Positions 36,522 to 49,200 of a stretch of DNA of 64,000 nt are shown here, piece by piece. Source of the DNA: Rhizaria sp. SCN 62-66. Lineage: Eukaryota. Position numbers and translations under genes: made by a program. Position 1 is the stretch's first letter. Every line of letters starts with the position of its first letter. Under the pieces are notes generated by a model. The model worked only from the letters and a program-made list of their open reading frames with translations, made no database searches and was not told the DNA's origin. The stretch covers positions 1-64,000 of the forward strand of contig MEDY01000024.1 of NCBI GenBank assembly GCA_001724265.1, written 5' to 3'.

Positions 36522-39229
36522 ATGAGTAACGAACCGCACTTGCCCGTCGTGCCCCTCCCCGAGGTGGTGAACCTGGCCCCCGGCATGACCCGTCAGCGCA
36601 CCAACGGCCACTTCTCGCCCCTCGTGTCCCCCTACATCGTTCCTGAGCACAACCCCACGAACCCTCTCTCGCCCAACGACGCGCTCATCCTCGAACCCCA
36701 CGTTGAGGCCGCCGAGCCCGTGCTTGCCGCTTCCCCGTCTGGCGGCCTCACGGGCACCAGCGACCTCGTCACCGGTCTCGCTGACGACTTCGCGTGGTTC
36801 AACCCGCGTAACCTCAACTCGCGCGCGCGGTACAACTTCCTCGCCCAGCTCGCGTCCATCTCACCCCTTGCCGTCCCACCTACGGCCCACGAGCGCACGC
36901 GCAAGACCGGCATCATCTGCACCATCGGCCCCAAGACCAACTCGCCCCAGGTATGCTACAAGAGCCAGTGAGCTTCATATCACTATGTTACCATACTGTG
37001 TATTTGTGCTTTTTTCATCTAGATCGATCGCGTTGTTCTTGAAACTATGCTCTGCGTCTTGTTTTCAAGTCTTTTTCAGTCAATCACTCACTTTTCCCGT
37101 CTCAATCGCCCTGTTTTCTTGTTCTTTCTTTCTTGTGTGACTGACAGGCAATCGCGACCCTGCGCAAGGCCGGTATGAACGTGATGCGCCTCAACTTCTC
37201 CCACGGCACGTACGAGTACCACCAGTCCGTGATCGACAACCTCAAGGCATCTTACGCCATCTGGCCCGGCCCCGAAGTCGCCGTCGCACTCGATACCAAG
37301 GGCCCCGAGATCCGCACTGGCCGCACCGTCAACGACGCCGACGTGCCGCTCGTCACGGGCGAGGAGCTCACGCTCTCCACGGACAAGGAATGGTTCGACA
37401 AAGGCTGCGCAACGTGCATCTACGTCGACTACCAGAATCTGTCCAAGGTTCTCAAGATCGGCTCGTTCATCTACGTCGACGACGGCCTCATCAAGCTCGA
37501 GGTCACCGCTATTGCCGGCACCACCGTCACCACCAAGATCGTCAACGGCGGCCTCATCTCCTCCCGCAAGGGCGTCAACCTCCCCGGCACGCCCGTTGAC
37601 CTGCCTTCGGTTTCCGAGAAGGACAAGAACGATCTCCGCTGGGCCGCCGAGCGCGGCATCGACTTCATCTTCGCCTCGTTCATCCGCAATGCCGCCGCCA
37701 TCCAGGTACGTAGTGTTCACTATTACAACTGCGTTGATGTTATATCATACTTTGAGTGATGTTATTGATCAGCTTGTAGATGTGGTTCTGGTTTATAAAA
37801 GCAATCGCTGGCTTCGCTCTAGTTCGAGATTCAATTACCATCATCGCCATATCTCACTTCTTGTATTCTATTTTTAAACGAATTTGTATGTTGATGCTAT
37901 GATATACTTGATGCGCAACAGGAGATCCGCGACGTGATGGGCCCGGCTGGCGCGCGCACGCAGATCATCGCCAAGATCGAGAACCAGCAGGGTCTGGACA
38001 ACTTCGACCAGATCCTCATCGCCACCGACGGCGTCATGGTGGCGCGTGGCGACCTGGGCATCGAGATCCCCGTCGAGAAGGTCTTCTTGGCGCAGAAGAT
38101 GATCATCGCCAAGTGCAACATCCTCGGCAAGCCCGTCATTTGCGCCACGCAGATGCTCGAGTCGATGACCACCAACCCGCGTCCGACGCGCGCCGAGGTC
38201 TCGGATGTCGCCAACGCCGTCATGGACGGCGCCGACTGCGTCATGCTTTCCGGCGAGACCGCCAAGGGCAACTTCCCCGCCGAGTCCGTCGCCATGATGC
38301 ACACCATCTGCAAGGTCCGTCAAGTGAAATCGCTGAACAACGAACTTATAAATGACTAAAACACGCTTTATAATGTATCTCTTGTATATCGCACACGTAT
38401 AATCTGAATACGCACAATAACGCAAAGAACTGTGTAATCTATCGGTATTCCTAAATTCACTTTGATCATGATAATTCTGTTGTCATATGTATCTCCTCCA
38501 TTCTAACATAACTCCCTTGCTCTCTTTTGCTCTCGACTGACACTGCTCTACAGGAGGCTGAGTCCGCCGTGTCGAACAACGCGCATTACCGCGCCATCAC
38601 GGACATCCACCCCGAGATGTTCCAGACCTCGGAGACCCTCGCCGGCTCGGCCGTCAACGCCGCCTTCACGCGCTCGCTCAAGGCCATCATCGTCTTCTCT
38701 ATGACGGGCCGCACCGCGCGTCTCGCGGCTAAGTACCGCCCGTCGTGCCCCATCATCTGCGTCACCACGGACCCCATCACCGCCCGCCAGAGCTGCGTAC
38801 GTCGCCTTTATCATCACGCTGCCCTCGCAATATTATTGAAACAAGTGTTGAGCTTTGACTAAAGTCGACGAGAGGTGTTATTGTGATTTATCGACAATAT
38901 CCGTCTTTCATGTAACATGTGTTGCATATGACCTCAAATCTCACCTATTCTTCTCTTTTTTTTCTTTGTTTTTTTTTCTTATCTACTGATTTGTGTATCC
39001 TTGCGCTGTCCAGATGTCTCGCGGCGTGTACCCCGTGCTCGTCAAGGAGGCCTTCGACGCCAACAGCATGACCTGGCTGTCGTACATTGAGCGCCAGCTC
39101 CAGGCCGCCGTCGAGTGCTGCATCGACGGCCCCATCCAGATGCTCCAGCAGGGTGACGTTTGCGTCGTCATCCACGGCTGGGCCGGCGGCCGCGGCCACT
39201 CCAACACCATGCGTCTCATCGTCGTCTAA
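36522..39229 (+). CDS. PYK: Pyruvate kinase, 612 aa, five exons
   Basis: Exons 36522-36950, 37148-37705, 37922-38314, 38554-38796 and 39014-39229, all introns phase 0. Motifs [75 protein letters not shown] and SNTMR are intact. Confidence 0.97.
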
Positions 39230-40218
39230 GCGAGTCTAAGCGACGGAGTCTAAGTGTCGGTTGGAGTGCCAAGGATCTAAGTAGTGCTTGCGCATATGGA
39301 TGCGGTTTCATGCAACACAACAACGCAGTGTATCGGTGTCATGTGGGCTTACTCATGTGATCAAAGCACCACTAAACTGTTCTGCGCTGCTGTCTGTTGT
39401 ATGTTAGTTTGTTAGTTGCTGCTGCTGAAAATAGGCAAAGAGATCCAAACAGAACAATTGTTGTCGCCTGTTACGTCTAAGTTTAGTAATAATGTTGTTG
39501 TTATTATCGAATTTTACTCATATTTTTGGTTTTAATCACACTCGAACACACACATACGCCACGTGCGCACACGCTCACATGTACAGGGTATAAGAATAAC
39601 ACTAAACAATCGCCTCAAAAGCAAATTAGTTTGACTATGACTACATGATACGTATAATACAAGGTTTATATTAGCATATCACTCTGAACCCCCCAGATTC
39701 ACGCCTGTGACAACCTAGGTAAATAACGGCGACCTAGCTTGTGTTGGACTTAAAAGAGAGTGGTGCCCTCTTGATATCGTGCAAACCAGTAAAACAACAA
39801 AACGAGGACATCAAGGGCATCAGTGAAAGTATAACATGCACACATAAGCTATAATTCATAGGAATTGCTTTCAGCGCTTTTGTTTCTTGTGGGAGTGAGT
39901 GAGATGTAAAAGAGGAACTGTTACGCATGAGTTCCGGTGACTGGGTACGAATACAGTGTCTGAGTCTTCTCCTTCCTTGGCGAGAGGCCAAATAAATGGT
40001 TGGCTACAGTGCAACACAGTCGTCGTGTAAAACGCTGATGTTGAATTATATACATCAGATTTCTTTTAATAGCACAACTTGCTAATAACACCCCCTTAAT
40101 ATAACTAACAACCGTGTGATTCACGTCCTTCCTTCCCAGCTTCAGTAACAGCTATCTTGCCTCGTCGGCTCTCTCTTCCACCCTACATTGTGCGTCGCGA
40201 CCGCGCCCCCGTCGCATC

Positions 40219-43200
40219 ATGTCGCGTCCCGCGGCTTCTTCCAAGCCGAATCCGTCGCGCTCCTTGCGCCAGCAGTCCTCGTCATTTCTGCTGCCAGCAA
40301 ACGATGCTTCCTCGCACTACCCGTCATCGTCAGCCTCCGGGCTTAACAGCCTCGGCGGCCCCGGCGCAGGCTCCAGCTCCTCCGCGTCCTCGGCGGCGAT
40401 GCTGATGTCCCTCCGCGCGCTTCCGCCCGCGGCCGCGGCCGCCGCGGCTGCTGACTTTGACGGCGCCGTGAGCGGCGAGATCGCGACTCTGATCGCGCAG
40501 GCCTCGAGCCACAGCCCCGGCGGCGTCGGGAGCCTTGGCGCCGCGCTCCCCGGAGCCGGCGTCGGCGCCGGCGCGCGCAACAGCGAGGCGGTTATCTTGT
40601 CCGAGCTGGAGGCCGCCGGCGCCGCCGTCACAGCCGGGTTTGCGACTGTGGCCGAGGCCGTCGCTGCGGGGGTCGTGTCGCCGAATGCGCTCAACGCCAA
40701 CGCGCGCAGCAAGCGGAACAAAGGCGTGAAGAATGTGGCCCGCCGCCGTCGCCGTGAGCAGCAGCAGCAAGAGCAGCAGCAGTTCAACGGCGCTGATATC
40801 GGCGACATCAATATCAGCGATCTCGACGCCGACAACTACTACGACGACGACAGCGACGGCGCGCCATTTGACGCCCTCCAGAACAACAGCAACAGCGACA
40901 GCGACGGCGACGGCGACGGCAACACCAACAGCGACGACGACGGCGCTCCCGCGGGCTCCGGCGGCTGCGGTAACAGCAGCAGCAGCCGCAAAGCCAAGGG
41001 GGACAAGAGCGGCGCGCGCCCCCGCTTCCTCCCCGCGCCGGTGCTAAAATCCCTCTCGCTGCCGCCGCCGCCACTGCCGCACCAGTCTGCCGCCGCCTCG
41101 GGCTCCGGCGCCGCCGCCAGCGCCCTGGGCAGCGCCAGCGCGCTCGCCGCGGCAGCCGCGAGCGGTGGCGGCATGACCGCGGCCTCGGCCTCGGCGGCGG
41201 CGCGCGACCGCCGCGCGCTGCTCGTGGCCGCCGCCACGGCGTCGCTGACCGGCGACGCGTACGCCGCCGCGCTGGCCGCCGCGCGCGCGCGCCACGCGCA
41301 GGAGCGCCGCGCCACGGCCGCGCCGCTGCTGTTCCTGGGCTTCGACGGCGAGCCCATCGCGCCGGGCTCCGCGCTCGAGGCGCTGCTCGTGTGGTATATC
41401 CGCAGCAAGCCTGCGCTGTGGGGACACGCGCTCGCGCGCGTGTGGAGCGACGCGGAGCCGTTCCACGTCGATCTGGCTCAGGCCGCGGCCGCGTTCGCGA
41501 CGACGGCGAGCGTGGCGACTGTCGCGGGCATGGCGGCCGATTTCACCACGAACGGAAACGGAAACAACGGCAGCGCGAACGTGAATGGCGGCAATGGCGC
41601 CGGCGCTGGCTCTGGTAACAGTAGTTCTGCTGCGAACAACGGCAGCACTATTAGAAATAGCTTAGGCAGTGCGTTCGAGTACTATAGCCAGATTGTGTCC
41701 ACGCAGTCGCATGCACAGACGCAACAGATTCTTTCGCTTGCGCAAGAGCAACAGCAGCTGCAGCAGCAGCAGAATGGCAGCAACACGAGCTCTAAAACGA
41801 ACTTTGCGTCAAAAAACGGCGGCAGTAGCGCGCCGATCAGTCGGAAGCATCGCGGCAACTTGGCCACTGCCGCTGCCGTCGCATTGGCGAACCTCGCAAC
41901 ACCGCAAACCTCTGCAACTGCTTCTGTCAACACGGACAACGCGAATCTGAGCAGTGCCAGTAGTAGAAACTCGGTTAACACCGCTGTGTTGGCGATAGTT
42001 CCTCCACCGGCAACTCTCACCCCCGTCCCTGTCTCGGCCAACCCCGTAGCGGCGTCTAAGTATCCCCTCAGCCCCAGCAGCAGCAGTGCCTTCTCTAACA
42101 GTACTCCTAGCGCTGGTGCATACCCGAGCAACGAGACCGCCGCGGCAGACGCGCTCGCACATGCGACGGCGACTGCCGCTGCCACTGCCTACCCCGCCCG
42201 GCTCGTGGCCGCGGCGGCCGAGGTCGGGGCTGCGGCCGCGCCCGCGGTGCTCGTAGCCGCTGCCGCGGTGGCCACGGGGGCGCCCGTGGCTGTGACCGTG
42301 GGCGGCACGGGTCCCGCGGGTTCCCAGGCGACTGCGAAGCGTGGTTCTGGTGTCGGTTTAATGGACAACTTGAGCAGCAGCAGCAGTAGCCAGCTGCGCC
42401 TAGATCCGTCTAAGGGCCACTTAGACGCGGCCTCGCAGACGGAGCATGAGCGAGAGCAGGAGCAAGCGCAGGAAAGCAAGACTGACACCGCCAACGCTGG
42501 CAGCTACAGCAATAGCTGCAATAGCAACGGCGTCGTGCTCTTCACAGTTGGCTTCACGCCAGTGGGCTACTCGTGGTCGCCACCCTTGCCGCCACAGCTT
42601 ACCCACTTGCACCCCGCGACCGTGCCCCTACACTCCGCCAACAGCGGCAGCGGCAGCGGCGGCTACCAGCAGCAGCAGCAGCAGGAGCAGCAGTTGCAGC
42701 AACAGGGCGGCTACTACGACGCCTCCAGTAGCGCCAACGGCGGCGCGGCGCGCATCGCGAGCGTCGGCGCTGCGATGAATCTAAGGGGCGTGGGCACTTA
42801 CCCGCACAACTGCCGCGCGCAGGCGCTGGGCTATCCCACCGTCACGCACCACCAGTCGCTGCCCGCCATCGCCACGAGGCTCGCGCAGTTCGCCCCGGCG
42901 GCGGTGCAGTCGCCCGTACAGTCGCTTTACGGTGGCGCCAACAGCTACGCCAACGCAGACTCTCTCTCGGGCTCGGGCTCGGGCGCTGGCTCGGGCGCTA
43001 AGGGCAGTGGCACCGGAGTCGGCGCTGTCGGCGGCGGTGCTCCCGCCGCCGCCACCGCTGCGGCCGCCGCCACCGCCGCTGCCTCCGCCGCGGCTTCCGC
43101 GTGCGCGCCCGCCGCCCCCGCGGCCGCTGCCGCCGCGGGCGCCGCCGCCGCCGTCACACTGCTCGCGGTCGCGGCCTCTGCGCGGCCCCCCGTCGTCGCC

Positions 43201-46200
43201 GCCGCGGGCTCCCTCGCCGGCAGTGGCGGCGGCGGCGGCGGCGGCGGCGGCGCTCTCGCGCTGGGCGGCGGCGCAGGCTCCGGTGCGGGTGCCAGCGCGG
43301 GCGGCGCGGACGGGGACGACTGGGTCACGCAGGCCGTGCTGGGCAACAAACCGCGCGCGCGCCGCCGCGCCGCCGCCGCAGCCGGCGCTGGTGGTGCCGG
43401 CGGCGGCGCCGCCAGCGGTGGGAATGCGGGCGCGAGCGGCGCTGACGCGGACAGCGCTGGCCGCAAGGCTGCGCTGCCGACCGCGGGCAGCACCGCGAAC
43501 GGCAGCGGCAACGGCGGCGGCAATGGCGGCGCTGGTAAGAACGGCAGTGGCAACAAGGGCAACGCTAGCGCCGGCCAGAGCGGCAGCGCGAGCCGCGTCG
43601 CGCTGTACGCGGCCGGTCTGTCGCAACCGCCTCTGCTGGCCGCCGCCGCGGCCGCCGTGACCGCGGGCGCGGTGTCGCTGATGCCACGCGCAGCCGCCTG
43701 CCCTCTCACCTCTTCCTACCAAGCCGCCCTGAACAACAACAGCAACAGCGGCGGCGGGTCAAACGGCGGCGGCGGCAGCGGCGTGAGCCCCGCGGCGCCG
43801 TGGGCCGTGCTGGCGCGCGTCGCTCCCGCCGCCGTGCTCCGCTGCGACGTCCGCCCGCTGCTGGCCGTGCTGTCGAGGCGCCGCGGCGGACTTGCGGCCG
43901 CCGCGGCGCTGGCCGTGGCCCCTGCGCGCGCCAAGGAACGCGTGACCGCAGGCGCCGTCGCCGGGAACGCGTTCAAAGGCGGCGCACGCGGCGGCAGAGG
44001 CGGCGCGGCGGCGGCGATGGTGCGCGGGAGGCACGCCAGGCACGGGTCAATCTTACCGCTTCTCGCGCCCGTGGCGGCGACGTCGGCGGCAGCGGCAGCG
44101 TCGTCGCTGAGGCAGTCTAACAGCGGCAGCAAGCCTGACGGCGACGCGAGCGACGCCGACAGCGACGCCAACGACGCGGGCGGCAGCAAAGCGACAGGCG
44201 CAGACGCGAGAGACGCCGCGAAGAGCGCCGCGACTGCTGCTGCTGCTGCTGCTGCTGCTGCAAGCGGCGGCGACGACAAGCAGAAGCAGGACCAGGAGCC
44301 CGAGCCGCAGCAGCAGCAGCAGCAGCGCGGCCGCCGGCGCCGCAGCACCGCCAACTCCGGCTCGCTGCTGCTCTCGTCCTCGCGCCTCACGCCCGTGCCG
44401 CTGGCGCTGGCGCATCCCTTGGTCCGCGCTTCGGCCGCCAAGGCGCTGGCGGCCGCGCTCTCCCCGCTGCCGCCCCCGGCTCCCTCCCACGGCGGCGGCG
44501 GCGGCTCCGGCGGCGGCCCCAGTGCCACCGCCGCGGCCGCCGCAGCCGCGGCCAGCGCTGCGATGCACAACAACGCGTACAGCAGCGTGAGCGATCACAG
44601 TGCGGTCGGCGCGGTCGCGGCGGCAGCGGCCGTGGCAGCGCTGGCGTCGGTCTCCGCCACCGTCGCGCCGCTGTCGCGCGCGCGCGAGTTCGCCGTGGCG
44701 TCAGCCGCGACTGTGCGCTCGCTGACACGCCGCGCGACCAGTCTGAGCGTCCCTTACAGCTGCGGGCTCAGCGCGCAGGACGGGACGAGTCTGAGTACCC
44801 CCTTAGTCTCAGGACTCAAGCCGCCGACCGTGGGCCAGGGTGTCCTCGCGCGCCGCTACACCAGCCAAAGCGGCGGCCACGCAAGCAGCGGCGGTGGCAG
44901 CAGCACCAACGGCGGTAGCAGCGGCAGCAGCAGCCACAGCAACAGTCGTGGTCGCGGCGGCCACGGCAGCGTGTTGACGGCGGCGGCCACGGCGGCGGCC
45001 AACTCCAACAGCAGCCTTGTCGCGACCGCGGGCGTCAACGGCAGTGGCGGCGTCGGCGGCTGCGACTGGCTGTTCCTGTCGCCGTTTGTGACGCCCGACG
45101 GCGCTGGCGTCGGCGGGCCTGGCAGCGCGAGCTACTGCGGGCTTTTGCCCGTCAGCTGCGGCTACGCAGGGCTGCTGACGACGGAGCAGGAGGACGAGGA
45201 GGAGGACGACGACGAGGACGAAGACGGCAGCAACAGTGCCAACAACCAGGCACTCCCGCAGCAGCAGCAGGAGTTGGCGAAGAGCCCGAGTGCCAGCCTC
45301 GTCTCCTCTCCCGCGAACGCCGGCGCGGGCAACGCGAGCGCGCGCCTCGCCTCCAGCCCGCGCGCCGCCGACAGCGTCCCCCTCCCTGGCCACACCGGCG
45401 GGAGCGGCGCTGCGATGGTGGCGACATCGGTGACCGCGACGGCGCTCGCCGCGGCGGGCGCTGCGCTGACCGCGCTCGGCTGGGGCTCGGCGCACGGCCA
45501 CTTGCTCACGATCGCCCCGCGCGACGCCTTCGCCACCAAGCTCTACAGCAACAACAGTAATAGCAATGGTAACAACCACAACAACAGCAGCATGAGCGCG
45601 ATGGCGATGGCGAACTTGCATGTGCGCTCCGTCACACTCACGGTCGACAGCGCCTTGTCGCTGCTCGCGCCGTTGCCCTCCGCCGCCGCCGCGGCCGCGC
45701 TGTTCCCCCGCGCCGCGACTCACGCGCTCGCGTCGCCGGCGCTCTGGCGGCCCTTCGCGCCCCTGCCTGGCGCCGCGCTCGCGCACGCGCAGCTCCTCCT
45801 CAGAGCCTCCTCTTCCGCCGCCGCCGCCGCTGGCAATCAGTTCCCCGCCGACGTGAGCGGTGCCGACAGCGCTGCCGGCGGCGCGCGCGGTGGGCGGGCC
45901 GGGGTGTGGAACCCGGCCGCGTGGGCACGCTTCCTCGCCTCCCCGGCCGCGCCCGCGCTCTTCCAGCGGCTCATCGTCGTTGCGCACAGGCAAGTCCTCG
46001 TCTCGGCTGCCGCGGCCACCGCGCGCGCCGCCGCCGCGGGCGAGCTGCCCGCGCTCAACGCCAACGCCAGCACGGCCTTCGCGGTGGCGGGCGCGACCGG
46101 CGTGGTCACTGCGGACGATGCGCTGTCCAAGGCCTCATCGGCTTCGGCGGCCGCGGCGGCCGCGTCGGCGGCGGAGGCCGAGGCTGATGCTGAGGCTGCG

Positions 46201-49200
46201 GTCATGCGTCAGCAGCAGGGCAAGAACGGCAGTGACGGGACCATTGGCGGCAACTTTCATCTCCTGCACCTGAACGTGCATACCCGGTCCCGCGGCCCCG
46301 GCTCCCCGCCACACACCGCGGGGGGCGGCCTGACTTCCCCGCGCTCGGGCAGCGGCACCGGGCTCGCCTCGCCGCACGCGCACACGCACACGCGTAACTC
46401 GCCGGACCTGTCTCCGTACAGCCTGAGCCGCAGCGTGTCGCCCACAGCGGCGGCGGCGCCGATGCCGCTGGTGCTGCGGCGCGCTTCTGCGACTGCCGTG
46501 AGCATCGAGGGCGACGGCGACGCGCTGCTCTCCCCGCACAGCGACGACGTCGACGGCGACCCCGCGCAGAGCCACACGGCGCTGCAGCTCCAGCGCCAGC
46601 GGCTGCGGCGGCAGCAGGAGCAGCTCGAGCGCAGCCGCCGCCAGCCAGTGACGCGCGCCGAGTGGGCGCAGCGGCCCGCGCTCGCCGCTCTTATCGCCCG
46701 GCTCGGACTGGCGCCCGCAGTCGCGCTGGGCAGCGTTGCGCTCGCGCAGTCGCTGCCGCTCACAGTCACCGCGCCTACCAACAGCGCGGTCGCCGCACTC
46801 ACGCCCGCGGCCGCGGCGACCGCGGCCGCGGCGGCGGCGGCGGCGGCGGTCGCGGGCGTGTACAGCCACGGGCACGGACACGGGCGGGGCAGCGACTGGG
46901 ACAGCGACGATGACGACGACGACGACGATGACGATGATGACGTCGCCGCGGCCGTTGGAGCCGATGGCAAGCGCCGCCCCAGCGTCACGTCCTCGACCTT
47001 CGGCAGCGCCTTGGGCGGCAACCGCGGCTCAGTCGCCGGCGGCTTCGGCGTCGGCATTGGCCTCGGTTTCGGCGCCCGCAGGCCCGGGTTCGGCCCCGGC
47101 ACCATGGGTGTCAGCGTCGGCGCAGGCAGGAGCGCGAAGCGCGTGCTTGTCGAGCCCGACTTGCCCGGCCGCTGCATCTGGCTGCCGTCGTCGGTCGGCA
47201 CGTACGACCCTGCGTGCAGTCCGATCATCGCGCTGCCCACAATCGCGCACTCGCACGCGCACGCCCACGCGCAGGCGAACAACAACGGCAACGGGATGAG
47301 CGCGCGTGGGAAGTCTGGCGGTGTGAGCCCTCAAGCGCTGCACGGCACGAGCTTGCAGTCGCAGACAGTCGCGCTGTCGGGCTCGCAGTCGCTGTCGCAG
47401 GGGAAGCTAAGCCGCGTCCTGACCAACAGCAGCAGCAGCGGCATTAACAACGCCAACAGCACCGGCGCTCTGAACAGCAACGACGCGACGGCGACGCAGT
47501 CACGGCTGCCTGCCGCCACAGCGCTTGCAAACAGCAACAGTGTTAGCGACGACGGCAACACTTCGAACGGCGTCAACAGCGCCAGAGACGCCCTGGCCAG
47601 CGGCGGCACTGGCAGCGGGTTCGAGAGCGGCGAGGATGACGGCTCGTTCAGCGCGCTGCCGTCCCCGCGCGGTAGCCCCAGCCCCCGCCTCGCGAGCCCG
47701 AGAAACGGTGCGAGCGGCAGCAACGACGCCAGCAGCCTCAGGGAGGGCGCGTTCAAGGCGCGCCCGCAGCCGCCCGCGTCGTCTGGCTCTTCCCGCGCGC
47801 AGCAGCAGCAGCAACAGCAGCAGGCGCGGGCGCGCGCGCAGGCGCAGGCGCAGGCGGCGGCGCTCGCGCTGGCAGCGCCGACCCCCACTGCTGGGAGCAT
47901 GGGCCCCGGCTCCGCGGCATCCGCGTTCTTCCCTGCGCCCGCGAGCGCCGCCGGCACTGCCCATGGCGCCATCAGCGGCGCTAACGGCGGTGCGAGCGCG
48001 AGCGTGCCAGTGGTGCCCAGCGGCCCCGGCCTCGGCCTGCCCGCGCACTCGTACGCTGCGCTCCCGTCGCTGCCGCAGTCCTCTAACATTAACGCTAACA
48101 GCGGCGGCGGCAGCAGCAGCAGCGGCAGCTTCGCGCTCGCGCCGCACAGTGCGAGGACAGAGGGGTCCAAGTTGGCGCTTACATCGGCGCCCTCGGCCTC
48201 GTCTAAGGGCGCCGGCGGCCAGGGTAAGGGTGTGTTCAAGTGTTTGTCCTCTGCTGCACTCGCGACGGGCGCCGCGCTGGCCGCCGCCACCGCGTCGACT
48301 GCGGACCTGCTCCAGCTCCAGCATCAATCCTCGTCCTCGGCGCTCTCCCACCACGCGGGCGCGGGCGGTCTGGTGAGCAGCAGTAGCAGCTACAGCAAGC
48401 TGGGCGGCGCCGCTGCCTCGGCCTCTGTCGTCGCCGCCACCGCTGCCTCCGCGGCCTTCGCCTCGGCCTCGGCGGCCTCGCTGCCCCCGTCGCCGCTGCT
48501 CTCGGGCCCCGGCGCCGGTCTGCTGCTCTGTGAGGCCTTCGCGGCGCTGTGCGAGACCGTGATCGCGGCGATGCCCGGCGCGCTCGGGCCCGTCGTCACG
48601 CTCCCCAGCCCCGTCGGCGCCGCCTCCACCAAGCCGAGTGCAAGTAACAACAACAACGGAAGCAATCATGCTAGCGCGAGCTCTGGCTTCAACGCTCGTC
48701 CCAGCACTGGCGCGGATTATAGTGACAGCGCGAATGGTTTAGCCTCCGGTCTCGGTGCGCTAGGACTGGGTTTCTCTGTCGCGCTCGACGTCACGCACCA
48801 CCCCGTCGAGGGCGTCTACACCGTCAGGCTGCACCGCGCGCCCTGGGCCGCGCCCACGGTCAACATCCACACAGCCGCAAACACGGCCATCTGCTCCACT
48901 CCGCCCACAGCTCCCGCCGCGGCCACAGGCGCCGTCTCGGGGAGCGCAGTGCACAACACCAGCGCGCTGTGCTTGGTGCCGTCACTACTGTCCTTCGCCC
49001 CGTCGCTGCCTCTGGCGCCGACGCTGCTGCCGCTGCTGCCGCCGCTGACGCTGCTGGCGCTGGCCCGCGACCGCAGTCTGCTGCCCGCCGTGCGCGCGGC
49101 GGCCTGGCGCGCGCTGCCCTCGCAGCTGCGCGTGCGGGAGGCGCTGGCCGCCGCAGCCGCAGTCGCTGCCGTCGCCGCTGCCGACGCGGCCGCCACCGCC

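Noticed and set aside
39224-39254. GTCTAAG repeated three times around the pyruvate kinase stop
   Set aside because: Most simply explained by local slippage duplication; no function supportable.
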